A stretch of DNA of 64,000 nucleotides, taken from the NCBI GenBank assembly GCA_963736115.1, contig CAVTNR010000009.1, positions 128,001 through 192,000 on the forward strand, written 5' to 3'. The notes beneath the pieces were generated by a model. The model ran no database searches. It was not told the DNA's origin and saw nothing but the letters and a program-made list of their open reading frames with translations. This DNA is from an uncultured bacterium (lineage in GTDB: Bacteria; Zhuqueibacterota; QNDG01; DTFT01). The position numbers and the translations under genes were made by a program. Position 1 is the first letter of the stretch, and every line of letters begins with the position of its first letter. Positions 39,446-48,582 of the stretch are shown here, one piece after another.

Positions 39446-40360
39446 TCACCAGCGCTTGAGCTTGCTGAGCAGAATCACCCCGAGGCTCAGGAGCCCCGAG
39501 GCGGCCAACACGAGCCAGAACATAACCGGCCTTTCCGAAAGGGGGATCGGAACGTTCATGGAGAACAGGCTGACGAGAAACGTCGGCACCATCAGGCCGA
39601 TCATCACGATGTTGAGCGTCTTCATCAGCACGTTCAGGTTGTTCGAAACCACGGAGACCCGGGCGTCCATGAGGCCCGCCAGCACCTCCGAGTAGATGCG
39701 GGCCTGCTCCTGGCATTGTGTGTTTTCAATGGAAAGGTCCTCGAGCAGATCGACGCTCTCGGCGGTCAGGCGGAGCCGGCCGGCGCAGGACTTGAGCCGG
39801 TCGATGACGCGTCCGTTCGATCCGATGGCGTTCAGGTAGTACACCAGGCTCTTCTCCAGCGTGAAGAGATTGAGCAGGGTCCGGTTTTCCATGGCCTTGT
39901 TGATCTCGTGCTCGAGGTCCTCACTGCACATGTTGATGACGCGGAGGTGCTCCTCGAAATGAAAAATGGACCGGTAGATGATCTTGAGGGCCAGCTCCTG
40001 AAGGGACTTCACCCGGCCGAACATCTTTCCCTCGAACAGGGGAATATCCTCGTTCAGGACGATGACGAGCCGTCCGCTGAACAGGAACATGCCCACGGAC
40101 GACACATTGAACAGAAAATTGTCCTCCGCGCTGTACCGCTTGGGTCTCTTGGTGATGAGAGCCGCGTGCCGGGGCTCGAACTCGATGCGGGCCAGCTCGT
40201 TCGGGTCCAGCGCCGAGTTCAGCGTGTGCTCGTCGATGCGCAGTTTCTGAGTGAGGTTGCCCCGCTCGGTTTCATCGGGATTCACGAACACCAGAATGCC
40301 GCCCCTGCCGTTCCCGCCCGCGACGACCCTGCCGCCCTCGATTCGGTAGTGCTTCAGCAT
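39446..40360 (-). CDS. CorA-family divalent cation transporter (SMN signature variant)
   Basis: ALDPNELARIE, LEKSLVYY, NNLNVLMKTL, PTFLVSLFSMNV, two C-terminal TMs. Confidence 0.88.
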   Translation of the reverse strand: MLKHYRIEGGRVVAGGNGRGGILVFVNPDETERGNLTQKLRIDEHTLNSALDPNELARIEFEPRHAALITKRPKRYSAEDNFLFNVSSVGMFLFSGRLVIVLNEDIPLFEGKMFGRVKSLQELALKIIYRSIFHFEEHLRVINMCSEDLEHEINKAMENRTLLNLFTLEKSLVYYLNAIGSNGRVIDRLKSCAGRLRLTAESVDLLEDLSIENTQCQEQARIYSEVLAGLMDARVSVVSNNLNVLMKTLNIVMIGLMVPTFLVSLFSMNVPIPLSERPVMFWLVLAASGLLSLGVILLSKLKRW

Positions 40361-40385
40361 ATCGCCCCGTCCGGCCGATGCCGGC

Positions 40386-40688
40386 TTACACGTCCACCAC
40401 GGAATTTTCGTCCGCCCCGAAGGAGGACGGCACATACCGGTCCGCCGACCAGTCGTTCTCCCAGGTGCGGCCGTCGATCAGGTACCGGAACTGATAGGAC
40501 CGTCCGGACTCGAGCGTGAGCGCGACCTGGAAGGATCCGTTGGCCATGCGCTTCATGGGCGCGGCCTGCGGATCCCATCCGTTGAACTCGCCCGCCAGGT
40601 GCACGGTACCGGCGCCCTTCACCGCCTCCTTCGAGAGCGTGAAGGTGACCTTGCAGGCGTTCTTTGTTTTGAGGTATTGTTTTTTCAT
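40386..40688 (-). CDS. Stand-alone isoamylase early-set/CBM48-like glycogen-binding protein
   Basis: MKKQYLK...CKVTF, LAGEFNGW, YQFRYLIDG, WENDWSAD. Confidence 0.88.
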   Translation of the reverse strand: MKKQYLKTKNACKVTFTLSKEAVKGAGTVHLAGEFNGWDPQAAPMKRMANGSFQVALTLESGRSYQFRYLIDGRTWENDWSADRYVPSSFGADENSVVDV

Positions 40689-40766
40689 ATCACCCTTTCC
40701 TGACTCCCCCGGCGGGGAATCGCCTTTTACGGCGGACGGACGGGAGTCCGTCGCAGAGCCGGTCCT

Positions 40767-42356
40767 TCAGTTGACGAGAAGCAGTTTCCGGGTTCGTCGG
40801 GCGCCGCCCGCGTCGAGCACCGCCACGAACAATCCGCTGGCCGCGTCCGCGGGCCGCCAGACACAGCGATGCATCCCGGCTTCGAGCCTCCCGTCGATGA
40901 GCCGCGCGACTTCGCGGCCCCCGGTCGTGAGAATGCGAAGCGAAGCCTCCGCCGGGACCGGGATGTCGAAGGGAATCACGGTTTCACCGTTGAAAGGATT
41001 GGGATAATTGGGTCCGATTCCGAAGCCTGCGGCGCCGGCCCCGTCCGGACGGCCGCGGTGTCCGACGCCCGTCAGCTCGAAGCGGGTCCGGTCGTCGAGA
41101 ACGCCGAGCAGGACGCCGTTTCCGTCGAAGAGCCGGAGCGCGACGCTGTCCGTGCCGGCCGGAAGCGCCACGGCCTCATCGAGACGGAACGGCTGCAGCG
41201 GGCTGACATAATACTCTGCCCCCTCCGCGAGCAGGACTCCGCCCTGGTAGAAGGCGGCTTTCGCCCTTCCCTCAAAAAAAACACCGTACTGGCCCTTCAG
41301 TCTCTGCTCGATCGGATCGTATGTCATTTGTTCGGCCTGAGCGCCCACGGGTGTGACGTCGAGCACCGGGGTGGCCATTCGGGTCAACCACCAGTCCTCG
41401 GTGAACGTGTAACGGTTCGCGCCGGACGCGGCAGCAGGCAGCCGGACGACCGGACTCACGACCTCGACCTCCATGTACGCGGGGCTGGAATTGATCCACA
41501 CTTCGACATGCGCGCCCTCGTCGGGGTAATTGCCCTCGAACAGATCGAATGTCTTGACGGACACGACCGAATCCCTCCGGTTCGCGTAGGCGATCCATCC
41601 CTTGTGCGAATCCGCGAATATCTTTTTTCCCTCCGGGAGGAACTGCACACCGTACACACCGTCCGCCACCTCGCCCTTCCAGGCGGCCGAGGATTTGTCC
41701 CACCGGACGCCGTCCGACCCGAAAACGCTGTTCGGGTTGATCGGGAAATAGGCCCAGAAATTCTCATAATCCCGCTCGTCCGGATGGTGGACGACGACCT
41801 GGGTGATGTCCCACATGCCCCATTCCGCCGAAGCCGTGCCCTCGTTGATCATGGTCTGCTGCATGCGCACCCGGCTCGTTCCCTTGTATACCGTGGCCCG
41901 ACGCTCGAACCGGATGTTCGGGGCCAGCCATTGCTCAACCGGGCTCGACACGAAGACGGCAACCGAATCAGGCGTGTCCGCCGCGATCTCGTATGTGTAC
42001 AGGCCGTAGTCCAGAGTGGGCGGCGGCGGCCAGTTCCATTTCGACTGGGGCGACGGCCAGTTCTTGAATCCGCCGTACTGGTACAGGCCTCCCCGCGCCG
42101 GAGTGTGCGTCTGGCCGACCAGGTCTTGAGCGACATACAGAGTCGCGTAGCCGCCCAGGTCGTACTGCATCACCCGGGCCCCGATGTCCGGCATCGTGGC
42201 CATGGTGACGAGGCCGTTGGACATGACAATCGCGTTCCAGCCCCATCCGTTGTAATCGGACTCCGTCCGGATCGATGGCGCCTGACTGAAAGCCGCGGCA
42301 CCGAAGAAAGTCAGCATGGCAATCATGGTCAAGGAGGTCATTCGTCGCACGTTCAT
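40767..42356 (-). CDS. Secreted DUF4380-like (galactose-mutarotase-like fold) protein + FlgD/T9SS-like CTD
   Basis: Signal peptide; PDIGARVMQY, YGGFKNWPSPQ, WPPPPTLD, YPDEGAHVEV, YMEVEVVSP; NYPNPFN. Confidence 0.75.
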   Translation of the reverse strand: MNVRRMTSLTMIAMLTFFGAAAFSQAPSIRTESDYNGWGWNAIVMSNGLVTMATMPDIGARVMQYDLGGYATLYVAQDLVGQTHTPARGGLYQYGGFKNWPSPQSKWNWPPPPTLDYGLYTYEIAADTPDSVAVFVSSPVEQWLAPNIRFERRATVYKGTSRVRMQQTMINEGTASAEWGMWDITQVVVHHPDERDYENFWAYFPINPNSVFGSDGVRWDKSSAAWKGEVADGVYGVQFLPEGKKIFADSHKGWIAYANRRDSVVSVKTFDLFEGNYPDEGAHVEVWINSSPAYMEVEVVSPVVRLPAAASGANRYTFTEDWWLTRMATPVLDVTPVGAQAEQMTYDPIEQRLKGQYGVFFEGRAKAAFYQGGVLLAEGAEYYVSPLQPFRLDEAVALPAGTDSVALRLFDGNGVLLGVLDDRTRFELTGVGHRGRPDGAGAAGFGIGPNYPNPFNGETVIPFDIPVPAEASLRILTTGGREVARLIDGRLEAGMHRCVWRPADAASGLFVAVLDAGGARRTRKLLLVN

Positions 42357-42403
42357 CTCCTGTCTGGTTGTGCCGGTCGCGTGAGCGGAAAGCGGACCGG
42401 TTA

Positions 42404-43315
42404 TCAATGCCCCGGCTGTACGGGCCGGAGGGCCTCCGCGAGATCGGACCGGAATTCGCGGCGCTTCCTGTGGTCCCGGATGACGCCGGCCCCCCTGCGA
42501 ACGGCCGCGTACAGGGCGAGAAAAACCACGGCCGGAAACACGATGCAGTCAAACACGAATCCCGCGATGAGTTTCAGCACCCATTCGGTCAGCTCGCCGG
42601 TCCGGCGGGCCAACAGGGCCGTGACGCGCTCGAGTTTTTCCCTGCCCTCGGTGATTTTCCCCCACAGGCCCGACCGCCCGTCCCGTGGCCCATTCAGTTC
42701 CGTTTGGATCCGCTGGAATCCGTCATGGGCCTGTTCGACGGACGGGCGCGTGATGCGTTTCGAAAGCCAATGGCCGCCCGCGATTGAAACGGGGACCACG
42801 AGCGTCAGCGCGACGGCTACGAGTCCGGCCATCCACGCGGCGTCGCGGAGAAACGCCCGGAGAAAGCGGAGCCGGGGCAGGGTCCACGCAACAACGAGAC
42901 CGAACAGAATCGCGGCGAATGTCGCGGCCAGAAACCAGGAAGAAAGCAGGTCGGCCGCCTGAAGCAGGTACCGGGTGCCCAGCAGAACCGCGGCGCACGC
43001 GAGCACCACGCGCCAGGCGATGTCCACATAGTCGTAGGCCGACTGGACCACATTCCCGACCTCGAGGTTGAAGCCGATTCCCACGTCCGACCCCTGTACC
43101 ACGGCCAGGCCGACCTTCACGGCCGAGATCACGGCAAACGTTTTCAGGGTTTTGTCGAATGAGGCCGACAGATAGGCGTCGTTCGACGCCTTCAACCGGC
43201 CCAGCCCGGCGGCGTCCATGCCTTTACGCATCAGCCCGCCGACCGACAGTATGACCGCGGCGGACAGGAGAAGGACTGCGGCGGCGCGCCTGGCCGCCGG
43301 AGGGTTCGCGTTCAT
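42404..43315 (-). CDS. Hypothetical membrane protein (start uncertain)
   Basis: Several TM segments; fills the gap between proC and the next gene. Confidence 0.65.
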   Translation of the reverse strand: MNANPPAARRAAAVLLLSAAVILSVGGLMRKGMDAAGLGRLKASNDAYLSASFDKTLKTFAVISAVKVGLAVVQGSDVGIGFNLEVGNVVQSAYDYVDIAWRVVLACAAVLLGTRYLLQAADLLSSWFLAATFAAILFGLVVAWTLPRLRFLRAFLRDAAWMAGLVAVALTLVVPVSIAGGHWLSKRITRPSVEQAHDGFQRIQTELNGPRDGRSGLWGKITEGREKLERVTALLARRTGELTEWVLKLIAGFVFDCIVFPAVVFLALYAAVRRGAGVIRDHRKRREFRSDLAEALRPVQPGH

Positions 43316-43319
43316 GGCG

Positions 43320-44156
43320 TCAACCGTCAAGTTTGAATAGCGTGGAGGCCTTGTCCCTGGAGGTCAGAATGCCCTTGATCATGGCCGAACTGAACCCCTC
43401 GTGTTCCATCTGATTGAGGCCTGAAATGGTGCATCCCCGCGGCGTGGTCACCCGGTCGATCTCCGATTCCGGGTGTTCCTGCGACTGCAGGAGCAGCGTG
43501 GCCGCGCCCCGAGCGGTCTGGGCCGCGATGCGGAGCGCGTCCTGCGAGTGGAATCCGACTTCGATGCCGCCCTGGGACGCGGCCCGGATCGCCCGCAGAA
43601 AAAACGCGATACCGCACGCGCCGATGACCGTGGCGGCAATCATCTGCTCCTCGTCGATTTCAAGCACCGTCCCCACGGCTTCGAAAATCCGGGACGCGGC
43701 CGCCGCGGTTTCGGGTCGCGGCCTGCCCTTGCCGTAGGCGATGCAGGTGATCGATTCTCCGATGGCCGCCGCGATATTGGGCATGGCGCGGAGTATGGGC
43801 GTTTTTCCGCCGGTCAGCGTCGCGATGTCCTGCAGGCCGACGCCGGACACGACCGAAGCCAGCACATGCCGGGACGGTTTGAGACCGGGACGGATCTCCT
43901 GAAGAAGGGACTTGATCTGGCGCGGCTCCACCGCCACGACAATGAAATCCGAATTCGCGACCGCGCGGACATTGTCGGACCCGACATCGAATCCCTGCTT
44001 CCGCAGGCCGTCGAGCGGCCGGGGGTTCCGGCGGGTAAGCGCGATCTGCCCTGCATGGAAGCGGCCGGAACGGACCAGCCCCTTGGCGAGCGCGGTTCCG
44101 ATGTTCCCCGCGCCGAGCACGGCGATCCTGAAGGATTTGGGTCTGGATGCGGGCAT
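43320..44156 (-). CDS. proC: Pyrroline-5-carboxylate reductase
   Basis: GAGNIG, RAMPN, ACGIAF, VTTPRGCTISGL. Confidence 0.95.
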   Translation of the reverse strand: MPASRPKSFRIAVLGAGNIGTALAKGLVRSGRFHAGQIALTRRNPRPLDGLRKQGFDVGSDNVRAVANSDFIVVAVEPRQIKSLLQEIRPGLKPSRHVLASVVSGVGLQDIATLTGGKTPILRAMPNIAAAIGESITCIAYGKGRPRPETAAAASRIFEAVGTVLEIDEEQMIAATVIGACGIAFFLRAIRAASQGGIEVGFHSQDALRIAAQTARGAATLLLQSQEHPESEIDRVTTPRGCTISGLNQMEHEGFSSAMIKGILTSRDKASTLFKLDG

Positions 44157-44194
44157 GACGGGATCCCCCGGAGGCGTTTTCAGTCGGCCGGATC

Positions 44195-44665
44195 TCAGCG
44201 CGAGATCCGGAGAATTTTATAGGCGAGCTGGCCAGCCGGCACCTGGATCTCGACCACCTCGTTCACGGGTTTCCCCAGCAGTGCCTTGCCGACCGGAGAG
44301 GTGATGGAGATCTTGCCTTCGAGAAAATCGGCCTCCGCCTCCGACACCAGCATGTACTCGATTTCCTGCTTGTCCTTGAGGTCGAGCAGCCGAACCGTGG
44401 CCCCGATGTACGCCTTGTCGTGGGCGATATTCTGGCCGTCGAGGATCGACGCGGAGGAAAGCTGGGAAACCAGTTCCGAAATCTTGGCCTCGTTGAGGGC
44501 CTGCTCCTGCTTGGCGGTCTCGTATTCGGCGTTCTCGCTCAGGTCTCCGAAACCGCGGGCTGTTTCCAGCTGTTTCGCGATTTCCATGCGCCGCACCTTG
44601 ACGAGGTAATGGAGCTTCTCCCGCAGTTTCTCGTATCCCTCGCGGGTGATATGCATGATCGGCAA
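44195..44665 (-). CDS. greA: Transcription elongation factor GreA
   Basis: ARGFGDLSENAEYETAK, ISITSPVGKALLGK, VPAG; AGGAGGT RBS before TTG. Confidence 0.96.
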   Translation of the reverse strand: MPIMHITREGYEKLREKLHYLVKVRRMEIAKQLETARGFGDLSENAEYETAKQEQALNEAKISELVSQLSSASILDGQNIAHDKAYIGATVRLLDLKDKQEIEYMLVSEAEADFLEGKISITSPVGKALLGKPVNEVVEIQVPAGQLAYKILRISR

Positions 44666-44780
44666 TGATAACCTCCTGGTCAATCGAATGAAAGCTTGCC
44701 CGGAACCTGATCGAAGGGTTTGCCCTGGGCCCCGCGCTCAGACGGAGCGTCCGCCCCGTGCGAGTCCGGACTGGGACGGA

Positions 44781-46704
44781 TCAGGCTTTCCCGAACTCCA
44801 TCAGGGTTTCCCGGTAGGAGTCCGGGGTTCCGATGTCGAAACGCCTGCCCCGCACGACCACGCCGGTGAATCCTTCTTCGCGCCTCAGGCGCTCCAGACA
44901 AGTGGTGAGCTGGAACTCCCCGCGCTCGCGCAGGTTGTGCCGTATGTTCTCGTCCAGAAACTCGAAAATCCGGGGTGTCAGCACGTACTGGCCGAACACC
45001 GTGAGATAATGCCCGTCCGCGACGCCCTCGACGCGAAGGTGTTCCTGCGCGTACCCCGGCTCGGGTTTTTCCGCGAACTCGCTGATGGACAGCGACTCCC
45101 CGGATTTTTCCCAGACCCCGGACACGCACCCGAACCGCCTGATCTCGGCCTCCGGAACGGCCTTGAGCCCGACCGTGCTCCGGTTCGCCTTTTCAAACAC
45201 ATCGAGCACCTGCCGGGCGCACGATTTTTCCGTGTCCGACGCGTAAATATGGTCCCCGAGCATCAGCAGGAAGGGCTCGTCCCCGGCGAATTCACGCGCG
45301 GCGTACACGGCGTGGCCGAATCCGTCCTGGGTTTCCTGAACCGCGAATCGGATCCGGTTGCCCAGTTCGAGCAGGGCGTCGTTGACGGCCCGGTCCTCCT
45401 TCGAAAGCTTGTTCAGGTTCTCGATGGTCGGCGGCTGGCAGAAGAACTCCTCGAACAGCTCGCGGTCCGCTTTCTGGACCACGAGACAGACCTCCTCGAT
45501 GCCCGCGTTCACCGCCTCCTCGATGATGAGCTGAATCACGGGCTTGGCGCGTCCGGTCCGGTCCACGACCGGGAACAGCTCCTTTTTCAAAGCCTTGGAC
45601 GCGGGAAACAGCCGCGTTCCGAAACCGGCGGCGGGTATCACGGCCTTCCGGACCCGGTGCGCCGAACGGAGGACGAGTTTCAAGCCGGGCATGGACAGCT
45701 TGTCCCGGAGTATCTCCACGACCCGGTTCTGTCCCGCCTCGTCCCGGCAGATGAACTGGGCGGTGCCGTCTCCCTGGGATCCGACGCCCTTTCCGCCGTA
45801 GACATGGGGCGCAAGATCGGGGTGGTTCAGTACGTTATGCAGAACCGGAGCCGTCAGCTGGGACGGGCAGGCCGGCTGAAGGGCGCGGTCGAACTCGGCC
45901 TGGGCCTCGCGCATGAGGGCTCCGATCGCGGCAGCGTCGCCCCCGCAGAATCGCTTCCTTGGCTTCGGTTACGATACGCCGGTTCACGGGTCCCAGATAC
46001 TCCTGGACGCCCTTCTGGAGGTCGTTGTCCGCGAACGGGTAGCAGTGGTTCAGCTGGTTCAGGATTTCCCTCGTGTCCTTGCCCGCCTGCAGGTCCACGA
46101 TGACGAAATACAGGTCCTTCGGCACGCTCAGCTCTTCCACGTCGATGCGGTCGCCGTCGAAAGACATCAGCACCGGTCGGTTGCCGTAGGCACAGCCCTG
46201 GTCCATGCGGCCGCACCGGGAGGGCGTGGTGATTTCGCCGAGATAGGCGAACTCCATCTCGCCGCGGACGGTCATTTTGAGGTCATAAATGCGGTTGAAC
46301 GCGCGGGCCACCAGCACGCATATAGCCGCGCTGGACGACAGCCCCTTTTTCACCGGAAGGTCGGTCAGCGTGTTGTCGATCTCCAGACCCCGCACCCGGT
46401 AATGGGTCAGAATCTGGTACGCCACGCCCGCCGCGTAGCTGAAGAAACCGCCCTTCTGGGCCTCGGCGAGCAGGGCGTCCTTTTCCATGGGGAGCTCGAA
46501 CGGCCCGACCCGATTTCCGTCGTTCAGGGTCGCGGACACGACAAGCCGGTTCGGATGGGGTTTGGCTTCGGCGTGTATGCCCTGGTTGGTGCCCGTGATG
46601 ATGGTGAAGCCCTTTTCCAGGTCGGCGTTGATGCGCCGGTAACTGCCGGCCCAGTCGCTGTGCTCGCCGAACAGGCAGATGCGTCCGGGGACGAATATTT
46701 TCAT
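44781..46704 (-). pseudogene. GHMP (galactokinase-like) kinase fused to a GalU-like sugar-1-phosphate nucleotidyltransferase; +1 frameshift in a G5 run at 45940-45944
   Basis: PGRICLFGEHSD, LPVKKGLSSSAA, GRMDQ, GGKGVGSQGDG, then KAVIPAAGFGTRLFPASK, QDGFGHAV, LGDH, EKP, FDIG; removing one G gives a 640-aa ORF. Confidence 0.85.
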
Positions 46705-46845
46705 GCCGGGGCTTTCCTGTCGTTTGGTAAAAACGAACTCCAAACCGCCGGGGCGGTTTGGAGTGGCTGGATTTCGGACACCGGATGACAAGGTCCCGTT
46801 CAGACGCCCCTGACCGGGCTCCTGAACGGGACCTTGCTCACGATT

Positions 46846-46874
46846 AGTATACGCATTCGAAAAACAAAAATCAA
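46846..46874 (-). promoter_or_regulatory. sigma70-type promoter of the kinase-nucleotidyltransferase gene
   Basis: TTGATT-17 nt-TATACT. Confidence 0.7.
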
Positions 46875-46878
46875 GCTT

Positions 46879-47469
46879 TTATTTTCCGGGAAAGGACGTG
46901 TGCAGCCCGGACAGGAACATCTCCACGGCCACGGTGACCAGTATCATGCCCATCAGACGCTCGATGGCCGTGAGTCCGCGCTCGCCGAAAAACCGGCTGA
47001 GCCGAGCCGAAAAAATGAGGGCCACCATCGACACGAACCACGCGATGACCAGGGCCGCGAACCAGGCGGGCCATCGCGAGGGTTCCCGGGCCATGAGCAG
47101 GATCACCGTGGACATGGCCGAGGGGCCCGCGATCAGGGGGATGGCCAGAGGCACGATGAACGGTTCGCCCGTCGTTTTATCCCCGAACAGGTCCTCCGAA
47201 CCGGAGAACACCATCTTGATCGCGATCATGAACAGGATGATGCCCCCGGCGATGGAAAGCGAGGACTGCGAAATGTTCAGAATCGTGAGGATGTAACGCC
47301 CCGTGAAGAGGAAAAACATCAGGATGACGAGCCCGATGCAGGACTCCCGGATGATGATGTGCCTGTGCCGGACGTGCGGCACGTTCTTCAGCGCGCACAG
47401 GAACAGCGGAATGTTGCCGATGGGATCCAGCACCAGGAGGAGCAGGACCACGGCGGAGATGATGGACAT
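46879..47469 (-). CDS. MarC family membrane protein
   Basis: DPIGNIP, IAGGIILF, PLAIPLIAGPS, ERLMGMIL. Confidence 0.93.
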   Translation of the reverse strand: MSIISAVVLLLLVLDPIGNIPLFLCALKNVPHVRHRHIIIRESCIGLVILMFFLFTGRYILTILNISQSSLSIAGGIILFMIAIKMVFSGSEDLFGDKTTGEPFIVPLAIPLIAGPSAMSTVILLMAREPSRWPAWFAALVIAWFVSMVALIFSARLSRFFGERGLTAIERLMGMILVTVAVEMFLSGLHTSFPGK

Positions 47470-47513
47470 GTCGGACTTCCCTTCAAGGAGCCTGTACTTC
47501 TGAAAACTCCGGC

Positions 47514-48566
47514 TCAGTCCTTTTCAACGGAAAACCGGTATTCGGTCACGGTCCGGTATTCCTCGCCCGGCCTGAGCGTGGTGGACGGAAATTCCGGCCG
47601 ATTCGGCGAATCCGGAAAATGCTGGGGTTCCAGGCAGAATCCCGTCCGTAATCCGTAGGCTTTGCCGCTCTTGCCGGTCAGGGACCCGTCCAGAAAATTC
47701 CCGGAATAGAACTGGATTCCAGGCTCCGTGGTCCACACTTCCATGACCCTGCCCGAACCCGGTTCGGTCATCCGCACCGCCCGTGACAGGGCGCCGCCCC
47801 CCGTGTTCAGTACAAAGTTGTGGTCGTATCCGCGGCCGAGCTTGAGCTGTTCGTCCGGATCGCCGATGCGCAGTCCCACGGGGCCGGGTTTCGTGAAATC
47901 CAGCGGCGTCCCTTTGACCGGCCTGAGTTCGCCGGTGGGGATGAGATTGGCATTCACGGGCGTGAAGCGGTCCGCATCGATCTGAAGCAGATGCCCCAGG
48001 ATGTCCCTGCTTCCCTCTCCCGCCAGGTTGAAATACGAATGGTGCGTCAGGTTCACGACCGTGGCTTTGTCCGTGACGGCCCGGTAATCGATGCGCAGAA
48101 TCTGCTCGTCCGTCCACCGGAATTCCACGGTCACGTTCAGGTTGCCGGGGAACTGCTCCTCGCCGTCCGGGCTGACACGCGAAAAAACGACCCCGTCGCC
48201 TGAGGCGGAAGGCTCCGCCTTCCATAGCATCAGATGAAAACCCATTTTCCCGCCGTGCAGGCTGTTCGGCCCGTCATTGGGGGTCAGCCGGATCTCCCGT
48301 CCGTCCAGCTTGAAGGCCGCGCCCGCGATGCGGTTGCCGTACCGGCCGATGGTCCCGCCGATGAAACAGCCGTTGGTCGCGTATCCGTCCGGGGTGCCGA
48401 ACCCCAGCGTGACGTCCTCCTTCCGGCCCGCGCGGTCCGGCACGGTCAGGGAGACCAGCGACGCCCCGAAATCGGTGAGAACGGCCGTGCAACCGTTCCG
48501 GTTGGTGAGCTCGAACAGTTCCGTTTCCGTGCCGCCGGACGTCCGGCCGAAAGGTTTCCGTTGCAT
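47514..48566 (-). CDS. galM: Aldose 1-epimerase (galactose mutarotase)
   Basis: GRYGNRI, LHGG, FPGNL, NLTHHSYFNL, GYDHNF, QFYSGN, FCLEPQHFPD. Confidence 0.95.
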   Translation of the reverse strand: MQRKPFGRTSGGTETELFELTNRNGCTAVLTDFGASLVSLTVPDRAGRKEDVTLGFGTPDGYATNGCFIGGTIGRYGNRIAGAAFKLDGREIRLTPNDGPNSLHGGKMGFHLMLWKAEPSASGDGVVFSRVSPDGEEQFPGNLNVTVEFRWTDEQILRIDYRAVTDKATVVNLTHHSYFNLAGEGSRDILGHLLQIDADRFTPVNANLIPTGELRPVKGTPLDFTKPGPVGLRIGDPDEQLKLGRGYDHNFVLNTGGGALSRAVRMTEPGSGRVMEVWTTEPGIQFYSGNFLDGSLTGKSGKAYGLRTGFCLEPQHFPDSPNRPEFPSTTLRPGEEYRTVTEYRFSVEKD

Positions 48567-48582
48567 GAGTCTGTTTCCTCCG

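Noticed and set aside
40869-42962. Long antisense ORFs (also 56591..58387, 61478..63133, 38882..40519, 28538..29899)
   Set aside because: Shadow ORFs typical of high-GC codon usage opposite well-supported genes; no recognisable motifs.
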